This document shows, piece after piece, positions 47,711 through 59,052 of a stretch of DNA of 64,000 bases. The position numbers were made by a program, and so were the translations under genes. Location of the stretch: assembly GCA_004431415.1 (NCBI GenBank), contig QPMI01000406.1, positions 1 to 64,000 on the forward strand. The letters run 5' to 3'. Position 1 is the first letter of the stretch; each line of letters starts with the position of its first letter. This DNA is from Cyanophora paradoxa CCMP329 (lineage: Eukaryota > Plantae > Glaucophyta). The notes under the pieces were generated by a model, which worked only from the letters and a program-made list of their open reading frames with translations, searched no databases and had not been told where the DNA came from.

Positions 47711-50700
47711 TTACATAACGTTTGGAACATGTTCATATATTCTCCCTTCTCGCTGTGCCATTTCCGCCATAAAGTCTCTATCATTGTTCATCGTTTGCTC
47801 TGCCAATTCTTGTGCTCGTGATTTTTTGGGTGCTGCCCTATTTGCTGGTGGTCGGTCAGTCCTCACAACACTAAGACCATGCCCCTCGGCTGATCTCACC
47901 TCTAAGCCCACATCTCCTTCGGCTGTTTGGGTCACATTAAGCTCTGGTGTGGAGTATTTATTACCTGCTCCTGCAATGGTTCTGTCTATGCATGCACAAC
48001 ACAAAGCTCGGAATTTGTATGCAAGCACAAGCCCAAGAGCACCGAGAATCGGCAAGAGAATCATAAGCACTAACGTTCCTGGATCTGTTCCCGGTGCCCC
48101 GACTGGATTTGTAGGATTCGTGGGATTATTAGGTGGTGTGTTTGGATCTGGATTAGTTGTAGGGGGATCTTGTGAATCGGGATCTGGGTTAGGCTGGTTC
48201 GGATTTGGATCGTTTGGTGGCGGTTCCGTCGACCCTGCTAATGAGGTTGGCGCTGTGTATGCATTCGCAAACACGATTGGAGCCGTCGCTGGATTTCCTG
48301 TGGAGGATCCTGAGATTGCACCATAGGTATCTGCGAGATACTTGTATAATTCCTGTGTCACAGGTGGATTGCTCACAGATCGACACACCCAAATATTGCA
48401 TGTGGTATCATATACTGTATCCCTGATAAAAGGCGGTAGAGCCGTCCCACTGAATGACTCAAAGAGTCCATTTCGCGATAGCAACCTATGTCCTGTATCA
48501 CAATTTCCACCCTCAAAATATTTGGTAGCCGAAATCGCACCTTGCACATAAATATTGCATGTCGAATGCAATCCAATGTTATTTAGGTTAGGAGTGTATC
48601 TGTCATCAAGCCGGACAGTGCACACCCATGGGGAAGCGGTTTTTATATATTTCTTATCGCCCACCTCGATTACATCTGTATTTGGGTGGCTGTCAAGCTG
48701 AGTCCAAACAGCATCATACCTGAAAGTGTAATAAACTAAGAGACCATCAGTAGAGGATGTGAAAGCAAAGAAGGTCATAAAGTCCGTGGATCCAAAGAAG
48801 TCAGCATTGGTCGATGTTAGGGTGACTCTGGGATAGCTCATGTTGACAGTCTCAGAAGGATATGGAATATATGAGGTGTAATTACGATTGAAAAGATAAT
48901 AGTGAAATCCATCTGAGACATTCGAGTGAGTGGGCAAGGTGACTGTTAAGGTCTTACTGCGATCCTCAAACGTTTTCTGTATGACAATGTTGCAAGTATT
49001 AATATATCGAGAATCGAAAAAGTAATTATTTGTGACTCTATTATCGATCAAAGTCGCATTGGTTCCATTAAACACGAAATTCTGCCCATTGATCCTCGTA
49101 GTGTGAATGTCTGTAACATCGAGAGGATACCTTATTTTTAATCGATCTTCGGGGTCAAATCGCGGAATAGTTCCTGTTGCCTTCCAACTGATAGTAAAGG
49201 GAGGAGCAAGGGACACTGCTGGGATAACAGAGAGATTAAATTTCGAAAAATACAACCCAACAGGGTATGATGTCAGAGCATATGTCACTGTTGCATTTCC
49301 TACAAGTGTAAAGCCGGTGGTTGTTATGTTAGTTGCAACAAATGGGGAGTAGCCGGCTGGTGCATTTTGAAGTGATGTAGCTGACCCATCATTGACCACA
49401 TACAAATTCGTGTCTGTTATTTCAATAGTAGGAGGGGAAACAAATGGTGTCTCAAATGTGAAATTAAAATTCGCTGGAACCCCTGCAAGATATCTATATG
49501 TTGTTGCTGATATCTCGGATGCCTGGAATACTTTGCTTCCACTCCGCACTACATTACTTGTGTCTTTCACATTGTGGTATGAGATGCTGGGAGTTGGGGA
49601 GAGCACCAACGAAATAGCATCTGGTAAATCAGACTTTGTTATATACAGTTCTCTGAGAAACTCCTTTCTAAAAGGGGCGGTCAGTTCTCCAATAGTAGCC
49701 GATGATCCTGCGACCACAATATTACAGGTGTTTGCACTCAAAGAGTAAACTGTGTTCCACCTTAAAGAATTCGCCCCAAGATCGAAATTCTGTGAGAAGG
49801 GCACGATATTGCTACCTTGTAAATCTCGGTAAACCTTTACTCTGGGTTTGCTATCGAATACAGGGCTAATGTAATTGATGTTAAGAGTGAAACTAATAGT
49901 AGCTTCGGAACTCAATGAGTTGTTTCGGATGATAAGTAAATTGTATGTCTCGTTAATGACAAACGAAACCTGAAACCCTGTGGAGGTGACATTTTGGATA
50001 AATGCTTTATTCGATTCATTATTGTTATAGATAGGATTATAATAAGTAGTGTGATCCACCAATGAAACAGTGGGTATAGTCGTCTCGAAACCTGTGACAC
50101 CCAACTGATCCCAAGTGAATGTATATGTAGGTTTGCCTACATAAGAGACATAGACCCCATTTGCGAGCTGCTGAGGGTATCCCTCGACAGTGTAGGTCTC
50201 AGTTTGCGAAACCGAGCGGGAAAGGTTACTATTATAGTCGGTGTAGCTGATCAGTGCATTACCATTGGTAAGAATCTGATTAGGTCGGAGTGAGTGATTT
50301 AATGGAAGGATTAAATTGGAGGCAAACATGGAAACTCCATGCACCTCTGACCATCTCAGATTCGATAAACCAACTCGGTATGTGTTGTCAGTCGCGGGTA
50401 TATGTTCCTTTTCGACAGAATATGGGCTAAGGTAATTGCAAGCGCTCCATCTGCTGCAAACAGAGCATTAATTTCTGATTGCAAAGCCGCGATTTCGGTT
50501 GTGTGGGTCGTGAGGGTTCCATCCTGGCTGGAATCTTTGGTGTTCTTGCTCCTTTCAAACTCCAAAAACGCCTTTACGATGTCCTTGCCTAAAAGATCGT
50601 TTATATTGTCTCTGGTTATGTGAACATGGTCTGTTCTCAGTGCCTGTTTCTCTGTGGTAAAAGCCGGAATTTCTTCTGCAAATGATATAGTCGTTTTATC

Positions 50701-51431
50701 AAGTGCTAAGGATCTCACATTCGGAGCATTGGCGCCAATTATATCGACAACGTTCCCATTTTCGACAATTTCTAAGGTCGGTTTCGCGGGGTCTAATGTG
50801 AAAACACCCTCTGTTATCTGGGGAACCGATTCGCTCTTCTGAATCACAAAGGATTCGATGTTTAGGTTACAGGTTGCGACATTGGTGGCGAAAAACGACT
50901 CGGAGTTGAGCGAGTTTACATTTAGGGTATCCGTAGTGATGTTACTTGCTGTAATGTTACTCGTCGTAAGATTACCTGCTGAGAGATCATGGACGACCTC
51001 TACCTTTGTTTTCCGTGTGGATACTCCCGCTATAAGTGTGCTATTATCCACGATTCTCATAGCTGCATTTTGGAAACCGCTCTCATCTTGAATGAAGAAG
51101 TTTAAGCGACCTCTATCGAATGCTTTTGGGATGTTCCTGCGATTATATCGCACCGTTTTCGGTAGCTGGCGGGTTGCCTGAATGCTGGCGACTCTGTTTC
51201 GTTCGTTATCATCAAGTAAAAAGTCGATTCCAAGTTTATGATCCCCTTTCTCGACGTTCATTAACTGCAAAGCTGCGGGTCTGCTCGGTGTCCACTGACT
51301 GGATCTTCGCGGTCTGCATTGTAATTTATTCTCAGAGACCCGCGAATTTCAGTGTTTACCTGATCAGTGTCCTCTATCTGAGTGGTCGAATTAATAACTC
51401 GTGCGTCTGGTCGCGGATTCAGGAACGACAT
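47711..51431 (-). CDS. Large fibre/spike-like protein (~1240 aa) split by two apparent frameshifts (~51270, ~50350-50400), with lectin-like domains, Pro/Asn stalk and C-terminal TM helix
   Basis: Three abutting same-strand frames (ATG 51431 MSFLNPRP; 50356-51270; 47711-50344) share the TCN(I/L) motif and lack intergenic AT tracts; FTFETPFVSPPTI...ITTTGF...WKATG; LVLMILLPILGALGLVLAY. Confidence 0.65.
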
Positions 51432-51474
51432 CCTCTTTATAAACAAAGAAGATATATAAGAAGTATATAAGATA

Positions 51475-52968
51475 ATGAAGACCGTTTTATGTCTGAGTGG
51501 TGGAGGGTCGCGTGGAATAATCGAGGCTGCTATACTGGCACAGATTGAAGCCCAAACCGGTAAACGAATCCAACAGCTATTCGACTGCTTTGCGGGAACA
51601 TCCACAGGTGGATTAATCGCGCTCCTTTTGAATATCAAGGGAACCGATGGCGCCCCTAAATATACTGCTACTGATATTCTGGCGCTCTACAAAGCGAAAC
51701 TACCGCTGATTTTCGCGAATCCACGAGTGCTTACATCGATTGTGCAACGCCCCAAGTATGAAGCAACTAACTTAGAAGCTGTGGCTCTGGAACTCTGCGG
51801 CTCAGCGACCATGGCGGATCTCTACAAACCCACCATCGTGACTGCGTTCGACACGGTTCAAATGTCCCCCGTTTTTATTTCAAGCAACGATGAAGACATT
51901 AATGGGATGCTTGTGCGCGATGCTGCAAGGGCTACCTCGGCTGCTCCGACCTATTTCGAGCCGAAACAAGTCACAGTCGCCGGAAGAACATACTGTTTAA
52001 TTGATGGTTGCATGAGTGGAAATAATTCGCCCGGGGTTTGCGGCTACACATTTGCCCGCACTTTATTCGGAAACTCTTGCGAGGAGGAGCTTATCGTGGT
52101 CTCGATTACGGCGGGTCACGTCCAAGACGCCGATAAAGCAACCGCGGGATATTCGTATGACACCATGAAAAATTGGGGGATCGTGCAATGGATGCTAAGC
52201 GCCACAGGATCGCCAATTCTCAGCATGTTCTTAGAGTCGAGCGATCTAAACGCCCACGTAAAGCTACTGGAACTTTTACCCAGAAACGATGATCAGAATT
52301 ACGATCGCTACTATAAGCTGAGCGTTCCTTTACCGAAAGATAAAATGACCCTCGATACAATCACAACGACGCACCTGCAATATTTGGAAACGGAAGCGCT
52401 CGCCTTTGTTTCCGCACAGCAAACGTATTTTAATGCGATGTATTCAGTGCTGACAATGAATTTATCAGAGGGCGACGTTCCCATAATTAATCTGTCCGGG
52501 TGCACAGATGTAAGCGCACCCCCGGAGTCCAACTGGGTGCCGCTCGATAATAGCGCTTTTATTGCGGAATTCGGGACAGCCTCCAATGCCCGCTGGTCGA
52601 ATGCTACGGGGTGGGTGGGATTTACCAACCCGCCGCAAGGTAGTAGGTCGGGAGGCAATTATTTACGCATCGATTTTCCGCGTCTGTTCATGCTTTCCTC
52701 AATAAAAATGAAGCCGGCTGCGAATGGCAACTATATTAAAACGTTTGAGATCGATTACCAGCTCACTTCCGGAGTTTCTGCGCTTGTTACATACACAGAA
52801 GCCGGCGCGACGAGAGTGTTTACCAATGCAAATCAAATAGCCGGAAGTGCGGAGCCCGACGAACATTTCTTAGCGAACCCGAGATCTGTGAGAACCCTCG
52901 TAATCTGGGTGCTCACGACGAACGTAGCTTCGGCATGCCGAATAGATTTCGAGGGCTACTACGTTTAA
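51475..52968 (+). CDS. Patatin-like phospholipase fused to a C-terminal F5/8 type C (discoidin-like) domain
   Basis: LSGGGSRG, FAGTSTGG nucleophile elbow, ATSAAPTYF, LIDG; C-terminal YLRIDF...YIKTFEIDY...RVF...CRIDFEG. Confidence 0.9.
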   Translation: MKTVLCLSGGGSRGIIEAAILAQIEAQTGKRIQQLFDCFAGTSTGGLIALLLNIKGTDGAPKYTATDILALYKAKLPLIFANPRVLTSIVQRPKYEATNLEAVALELCGSATMADLYKPTIVTAFDTVQMSPVFISSNDEDINGMLVRDAARATSAAPTYFEPKQVTVAGRTYCLIDGCMSGNNSPGVCGYTFARTLFGNSCEEELIVVSITAGHVQDADKATAGYSYDTMKNWGIVQWMLSATGSPILSMFLESSDLNAHVKLLELLPRNDDQNYDRYYKLSVPLPKDKMTLDTITTTHLQYLETEALAFVSAQQTYFNAMYSVLTMNLSEGDVPIINLSGCTDVSAPPESNWVPLDNSAFIAEFGTASNARWSNATGWVGFTNPPQGSRSGGNYLRIDFPRLFMLSSIKMKPAANGNYIKTFEIDYQLTSGVSALVTYTEAGATRVFTNANQIAGSAEPDEHFLANPRSVRTLVIWVLTTNVASACRIDFEGYYV

Positions 52969-53810
52969 TCCGTGATCACTTCGAGCTGAAACGAGTATGA
53001 GAGACCGTTTATATCCGCAACAGAGCCCCGCCATTTTCGAAGCGAAATTGTGAGACGATCTAAATGGAGTTGCGATGTGACATTTACGAAAGGGATGCTT
53101 GCGCTCGGTTCGTGGTAAAAGGAATATCTACCAAAGTCCGAATTCATCTGAATTCGCAATAGATAGGAGTCGTCGACATTGTTCTGTCTACCTGTAACCG
53201 CTGCGAATTTGGTAAAAGGGCGGAGCTCTTCGATATCAAGGTAAATATATGGAATTGCATTAAAGTCGACCATTTTCGGGCATATAATCGCGTAGCGACT
53301 GGGGTAATCTCTGAGTGGAACCGGCACTGGTTCTGGTGTGCTGGTGTAAACCACTCCGGGTTCTATGCCGAGACAATCACAGAACTCCTGGTCTGAGGAC
53401 TCTAATGTAAACGGGCTATTCGGAGAAGAGAACACGAACCGGTTGGTAGACAGAGCGAGAGAATAGGAAACGGGGAAGAGACCGAGAGGATTAAAAGAAC
53501 CGCCCGCAAATCCGAGTAAAGCATCACTGTTTAGAGCTCTCTCTTTTGGATATCGTTCGTTATCAGCATCGACGTAATAATAATCGTTTACGCTGGGAAT
53601 CGGTGCTATCATTTTGGATGCGGGGATTACTGTGGGCTCTTCGTTTAGAAGCGTTATAGTTATTGTCTGATCGGGCGGAACAACATAAGAGCTATTGGGA
53701 ATCTCAGCGGATAGCACACGAAATCGTCGCACATTATTAAGGCGCGTTTTCAAGTGCAGCACGCCATTTTCAAGGTCTCTACTGTCGCAATTTATTGTTA
53801 TTCTTTTCAT
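52965..53810 (-). CDS. Minor capsid / penton-like single jelly-roll protein (paralogue 1)
   Basis: INCDSRD...NVRRFRVLSAEIPNS...YIYLDIEEL...LDRLTISLR...DINGLSYSFQLEV. Confidence 0.75.
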   Translation of the reverse strand: MKRITINCDSRDLENGVLHLKTRLNNVRRFRVLSAEIPNSSYVVPPDQTITITLLNEEPTVIPASKMIAPIPSVNDYYYVDADNERYPKERALNSDALLGFAGGSFNPLGLFPVSYSLALSTNRFVFSSPNSPFTLESSDQEFCDCLGIEPGVVYTSTPEPVPVPLRDYPSRYAIICPKMVDFNAIPYIYLDIEELRPFTKFAAVTGRQNNVDDSYLLRIQMNSDFGRYSFYHEPSASIPFVNVTSQLHLDRLTISLRKWRGSVADINGLSYSFQLEVITD

Positions 53811-53826
53811 AATCTATTATAGTAAG

Positions 53827-54753
53827 ATGAAAGAATACCTGAGCTTTTCGAGCGATGATCGCGATGAGGAGTTTACTCAGCCAAACCAGTATGTAGTGAC
53901 ATTACCCCGTCGCTATGACAACGTAAAATCTGTGCGCCTGGTGCAGGCAACGGTTCCCAATGTTCTTTCGACCGTGACAAACGATATAGACGCGACTGGT
54001 GCAACCATCGAGCGCATGGAACTCTATTTTTCGGTCACAGCTTCGGATTCCGGATTCGTGACCATCACAATCCCCAAAGGATTTTACACCAAAGACGACC
54101 TTGCCGCAAAAGTCACAGAAAGACTCGAAGCAGCTCGCCTTTCAGATTTCGGTGGAAAATATATTAAATGCCGCTATAATACTACTTCAAAGATCTATGA
54201 GTTTTTCAGTGATAGTAACTTTTGGTTCAAGTTCTCCAAAGCTTCCCCTGAAACACTCAGAAAATCCAGTAATCGCAAAGCAATCGCTAAGAAACTCGCA
54301 ATATTCGGTTTCAAAGATATTCAGCTATATGTTTACGAGACATTTACCCCTTTTGCAAGCGATACATTCCTTGTGTTTAATCCTGGGACGGGAACTGTGA
54401 CACTCAATCGACGCATTCGCGGCTATACTCGTGGAGATGAGACCCCGGCGGCGATGATCTGGCTATATATTGATGAATTTGCGCCGTTTATTCGCTCAGT
54501 CAACAAGCACGTCGATGGTTATTTCATGCGCATTCCAATCCCACAGGAACTCGAACATGGTGATATCTACCACTTCGACACGTCCACTACGGTGCCTCTC
54601 ATTCGTGAATTCCGCGAATTAAAATCTTTCGACCGCCTCACGATTAAACTCATCGACCATGATGGCGCTCTCTTAGATTTCGGGGTTTGGGCGCATTATT
54701 TCACTTTTGAAATCGAAACCTACGACGCACCGCCCGAAATGAATTTCTATTGA
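53827..54753 (+). CDS. Minor capsid / penton-like single jelly-roll protein (paralogue 2), 308 aa
   Basis: FSSDDRD...PNQYVVTLP...NVKSVRLVQATVPN...WLYIDEF...FDRLTIKLIDHDG.LLDF...HYFTFEI; likely ATG at 53827. Confidence 0.78.
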   Translation: MKEYLSFSSDDRDEEFTQPNQYVVTLPRRYDNVKSVRLVQATVPNVLSTVTNDIDATGATIERMELYFSVTASDSGFVTITIPKGFYTKDDLAAKVTERLEAARLSDFGGKYIKCRYNTTSKIYEFFSDSNFWFKFSKASPETLRKSSNRKAIAKKLAIFGFKDIQLYVYETFTPFASDTFLVFNPGTGTVTLNRRIRGYTRGDETPAAMIWLYIDEFAPFIRSVNKHVDGYFMRIPIPQELEHGDIYHFDTSTTVPLIREFRELKSFDRLTIKLIDHDGALLDFGVWAHYFTFEIETYDAPPEMNFY

Positions 54754-54800
54754 GCCCTGTAAATTATTTTCTGATCCCAAAGATAAGAGAAGAAACGCTC

Positions 54801-56115
54801 ATGGAGACTAACAGCCAATTCCAGCGCCCAACGCTGAAATCTATGCTCACCACGATGACTACAAGGATTATTTCCTAAACAAGTCGCTGGTCATTGGAAC
54901 GTCCTCTGGCACTAAGCCACTTCGAGTTCTGGTCGCCCCCGACACTGAGCCACCCAGCGCTCTCGGCAACCGAGTTGTCTTCAAAATCCCCCGCTACCAT
55001 TTCCTGAATGGTCTCGCGCTGCAACTCGATCTTAACCCGATCACCCTCACTGATCTCACGAATGGTGTCGCTGGAACTACTGGCTACCTTCGCGTTATTG
55101 GATCGCTAATTAAGCGCATTGAAATCTCTCACGCTTCATTCCGCTATGTTGTCCCAGAGGATTTCGTCACCCAGTATTTTCTACTGATGACCGAACAGGG
55201 CGAACTCGATAAGAAACTTCGCTATGTGGGTGGTCTTGTCGGAACCGCTGGTAACACTGTCGGTGGAACCTACGAAATCGATTTACCCTCTCCTTTCGAG
55301 AAGGCGATGTTCCCACTTTGCGCTCTGAACTCTGAGATCGTGGTCGAAATCGAATTCAAGGCGATTGGTGATGGTATCATTGAGGATGTAAACAATGTTG
55401 GCAATATTTCGGTCGTAAACAGTGGTGCTTCCCTTCAAGTGCTGAAACCCCGCATTATCTGCAAGGTCGTAAATGCCGATGAGGCGGTTGTATCTGAGAC
55501 CATTGCCCGTGTTAAATCGACTGGTATCGCGATCCCCTACAACGAAATCGGTTTCCTCCACACAGATTTCCAGCCGACCGCCTCCGGTTCGCGAGTCAAT
55601 CTCTCGCAACTCACAGGTGCGGGTCTCATCCACACTCTCGTATTCTCTGTGCGCCAAAACGCGAAGACGAAGGTTAACAACGGAACTCTCTCGGTTCTGG
55701 CTCCTCGTGCACTCAGAACCAACGCCGTAAGCTTCTATGTGGAACTCAACAATAACCGCCTTTACTCCAATACTTCGCTTCCTCTCATGATTGCCGCGAC
55801 CGAACTTCAAGATAAATATGATGCGGCGATTTTACCGAGAGCACAAGCTACCCGGCTCTCTCTGGCATTTACTTCGGTGCTGGAAACGGAAAGGCGTCGC
55901 TTCTCAACCAAGAGAACACGGGCTACATCGATGCCACAGGCACATCGGCGTTCGATCTGGTCTTCGAATTCAACGGTGTCACAGCCGGAGGAGTCGGTAA
56001 TGAGGAGTGGTATGCGAGTGCCGCTTATCAGAAGATGCAAATTCAGTGCATTGCCCTCGCTCATAATATCATGATAATCGAGCTGATGGATTCGCAGAGT
56101 ATCAGCATAGGATTC
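54801..56115 (+). CDS. Double jelly-roll major capsid protein, with 2-3 apparent frameshifts (~54850, ~55825, ~56080)
   Basis: Reconstructed VVFKIPRYHFLNGLALQLDL...GSLIKRIEI...YEIDLPSPF...FPLCAL..EIVVEIEF...TGYIDAT...IALAHNIMII; sits between penton and ATPase genes. Confidence 0.75.
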
Positions 56116-56163
56116 TCATTACCACATTCAGTCTTATTTTTCTATTGTTTTTATAGTGAAAGA

Positions 56164-57009
56164 ATGCAAAAAGGGACGACGCCCATAGATCTCGAAGAAT
56201 GGAACCCGAAACAGAGGGTGAAACTTCCCGCACGATTTCTCCTATTGGCGAAAACCAATTGTGGTAAATCGGTATTCTTAAAGTGGCTGATCAAAGAACT
56301 CGAAGACCAGATCTCGTATGTTCTGGTTTTTTGTCCTACGAGTTTCAACGGTTTCTGGGGACAAATTACAGATGAAGTGCATGATACCTGGAAACCGGAA
56401 TACGTAGAGTCGATCATAGAAGCCCGCAAAAAGGCTATCATTGCGGGTAAGAAACCAAAGAATATTCTTATCGTGCTCGACGATTGTTTGGAGTCCGGAA
56501 CTATCGATCTTTCGCGCGATCATTTGCTAAATAAATTGATGGCGCAAGGTCGTCATACGTTTTGTAGCGTCGCTTTAATATCGCAGAAATTAACAAAGCT
56601 GTCAACTATCATTCGCAGTAATGCGGAGTATATCATATTCCTCAGCTGGTCAAACATGCGAGAGTTCGAAGCATATCACGAGGAATTCGGCAACATGGAT
56701 AAGGAGAGTTTCAAACGTATGTTCCAAGAGTTTTGTCATAGCTACCAAGCGATCATTCACGATAATACCGGGTATTCTGTGCGATGGTGGGTCGAAAAAG
56801 CCGATATGATCGATGACCATCCGTTTACTAAATTCCACAAGCGGGCGGCTTTTGAAGAAAAGAAGCGCAAACAACAAGAGGAGCAAGCGACAAAACCGCC
56901 GCCTGTCAAAGATTCGACAACTGTCTGTCGAACTTTATCCAAATTTGAGCGTGAGCTTGAAGGTATCCCAAACTTTCGCAAATTTCGCCTAAGAAAAAGA
57001 AAATGTTAA
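56164..57009 (+). CDS. A32-like (FtsK/HerA superfamily) DNA packaging ATPase
   Basis: Walker A AKTNCGKS, Walker B IVLDD, QGRH, ISQ...IIRSN motifs; likely ATG at 56164. Confidence 0.93.
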   Translation: MQKGTTPIDLEEWNPKQRVKLPARFLLLAKTNCGKSVFLKWLIKELEDQISYVLVFCPTSFNGFWGQITDEVHDTWKPEYVESIIEARKKAIIAGKKPKNILIVLDDCLESGTIDLSRDHLLNKLMAQGRHTFCSVALISQKLTKLSTIIRSNAEYIIFLSWSNMREFEAYHEEFGNMDKESFKRMFQEFCHSYQAIIHDNTGYSVRWWVEKADMIDDHPFTKFHKRAAFEEKKRKQQEEQATKPPPVKDSTTVCRTLSKFERELEGIPNFRKFRLRKRKC

Positions 57010-57031
57010 TCAAATGTAAGAGAAGATAATC

Positions 57032-57712
57032 ATGGTCTACCGAAAGAAGCCTCAAACCATTCAAACTGTCGCTTCTGGTAATCCTAATCGCGGACTTGAA
57101 GAGTCTGGATTAACGTCGGGTGGCGGTCTCGAAATGCCCGAATATCTTATAGACACTTCGCCAGAGAGGTCGCCAAGCAAGAGGCGATTATTGCGAGTGC
57201 CACCGCGGACAAGGGAAACCAAGATAGCGGTAAACGCCAAATGGACGATTTAGCTACTGTAAAACCACAGATTGGAGGCGGCTCTGTTGATGAAGCAACG
57301 ACAAAGTAATTAAAGCGCAAGTTGTCGCAAGCCAGCACAAAACGCAAGACGTCCCGAAAGCCGCCGAAACTGAGCTCAAAAGCGCGGATCCTATCAAAAA
57401 CACACGGTTCCTGTCGACGTTGTCATGAGCTTCGAAGAGAAAGTGCGAGACCTTGAAATGAAAGTCTCTAACTACGAGAAATGGATGCAAGATTATAACG
57501 AACGCAAGAAATTAAAGGGGCTCGTGAAGAAAGAGATCTCCAAACTCGGATTAAAGCAAAAAGTCGACGTAGAGGAGATTAAAAAGGAGGAAAAGACAGA
57601 TGCGCAAGCCGTAACTCGACAGCAATCGGTTGCCCCGCAATATGCACATATTGTGCCGACCGCACCCGTGAATTATGCCGCAATGCTCGGTGGTAAACGC
57701 CATATCCGCTAA
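57032..57712 (+). CDS. One or two small basic/coiled-coil viral proteins, frameshifted (possible core proteins)
   Basis: ATG after AT-rich leader at 57032; Lys-rich frames 57032-57253 and 57425-57712; no recognised domain. Confidence 0.4.
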
Positions 57713-57916
57713 TGACTGTGAATATCCGCAAGGCAAAGCTGAACCCGCCCGTATTTAGAGCGGGTCTTTATGTGGACTCCCTTGCAATAGGGACAGGTCG
57801 GCTCCATAAACAGCATTATAAGTTCGACCAATTCGTAGGGGAACACACGAGCAAGTAAAGCCCTCATTCCCTTTTATTTTCTCCGATATTTAATACGTTG
57901 CGTCCTTGTAGGATCG

Positions 57917-58351
57917 ATGAATTTCATCACACAATGCATTGAAATGTTTCAGCTTCATGTCGTGTCTAATTGCCACAGTCCTTGCTGTGACACAACCGTA
58001 GAGGTTAATATTTCTGACGACGAGAATGGAGGTAGGCGCCTTTCTGTATATTCTAACCACAGCGACAATCACAACCACCCACGATCTCGATCGCCCTCGC
58101 CTGTGCCCGCGGCTATGAGTTCTAATATCGAAACCGCTCAGATAGAGGACGTGCATGTAGAGCATATTAGAAGGCGCTCATGTCCTGAATTTGTAGAAGG
58201 TCATTTGCGCGCTGACTCCCCTTATCCGATGTATAGATTGGATCAAATGCCATTAGGCGACGATGAAAATGTAACGAACCCTTATGTTTATCCTCAGCAA
58301 CCTTATGTATATCCTCAGCAACAAGAAAGAACCGTCTGGAACGGTTATTGA
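57917..58351 (+). CDS. Hypothetical viral protein, 144 aa
   Basis: Intact ORF preceded by TATTTTCTCCGATAT motif. Confidence 0.55.
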   Translation: MNFITQCIEMFQLHVVSNCHSPCCDTTVEVNISDDENGGRRLSVYSNHSDNHNHPRSRSPSPVPAAMSSNIETAQIEDVHVEHIRRRSCPEFVEGHLRADSPYPMYRLDQMPLGDDENVTNPYVYPQQPYVYPQQQERTVWNGY

Positions 58352-58453
58352 GCGGTGAATTTCGGTGGCGCTTGTATCGAGCCAAGGGCAAAAATGAAGG
58401 TTTCGGTAAAAGGTATATAAGGGCAAGGGAAATAATACAGAGTGACAAAAAAC

Positions 58454-59034
58454 TATTTTCTCCGGTTATAGTAAATGGCGAAACCCAAGATTTCAAACCA
58501 AGAGGCAATGGCGGCACAGCAAGAAAAGCGCAGACCAGGGCGACCGAAGAAGGTGATCACAGAAGAGGAGAAAGCGGAGAGATTAAGACTAAAACGCGAG
58601 AAAGATGCAGAGCGGCAGCGAAACAAGCATCAGAGACAAAAGCAAGAGCGATTAGCCGCCGGAGAGGCTACTATATTCACACCGGAACAGCTACAAAAGA
58701 TCGCAATTCGTAAACAGCAGCGATACCAAGACGATGAAGAGTATCGGGAGAAAATCCGAGAGAAGGCACGTGAATACCAACGAAGGAAAAGAGCGGAACG
58801 CAAGCTGAATCCGCCCGCTAACCTCAGCCGCAAAAGCCCGCTGGAAGACCCCGAAAGCATGTCGTCGAGAACGCAAAAAATTCGTAGCGGAAAGTACCAC
58901 ACGATGCAAAAAATGATTAATTTTTTACCTCCATTTTATTCCCCGTATCGGTCAAAAAGCACTTAAAGATTTGGCGACAAGGGTATGAAAAGGAGAATTT
59001 GGTAGATTGCGCCGAAATTATTTTCTCCGGTTAT
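58454..59034 (+). promoter_or_regulatory. Repeated viral upstream motif TATTTTCTCCGGTTAT (58454-58469, 59019-59034; variant 57875-57889)
   Basis: Identical 16-mer 5 and 18 nt before two consecutive ATGs; variant before a third gene. Confidence 0.6.
58475..58966 (+). CDS. Basic coiled-coil protein with AT-hook-like motif (putative DNA-binding)
   Basis: KRRPGRPKK followed by a charged helix; upstream TATTTTCTCCGGTTAT. Confidence 0.65.
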   Translation: MAKPKISNQEAMAAQQEKRRPGRPKKVITEEEKAERLRLKREKDAERQRNKHQRQKQERLAAGEATIFTPEQLQKIAIRKQQRYQDDEEYREKIREKAREYQRRKRAERKLNPPANLSRKSPLEDPESMSSRTQKIRSGKYHTMQKMINFLPPFYSPYRSKST

Positions 59035-59052
59035 TTAAAAGAACTAATAGAG

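Noticed and set aside
44137-51431. Diversity-generating retroelement or invertase-based fibre switching
   Set aside because: No reverse transcriptase, no adenine-specific TR/VR pair and no recombinase in the window.
56035-56163. N-terminal extension of the ATPase ORF
   Set aside because: Encodes the MCP C-terminal motif (IALAHNIMII) joined by a probable frameshift; the real start is more likely 56164.
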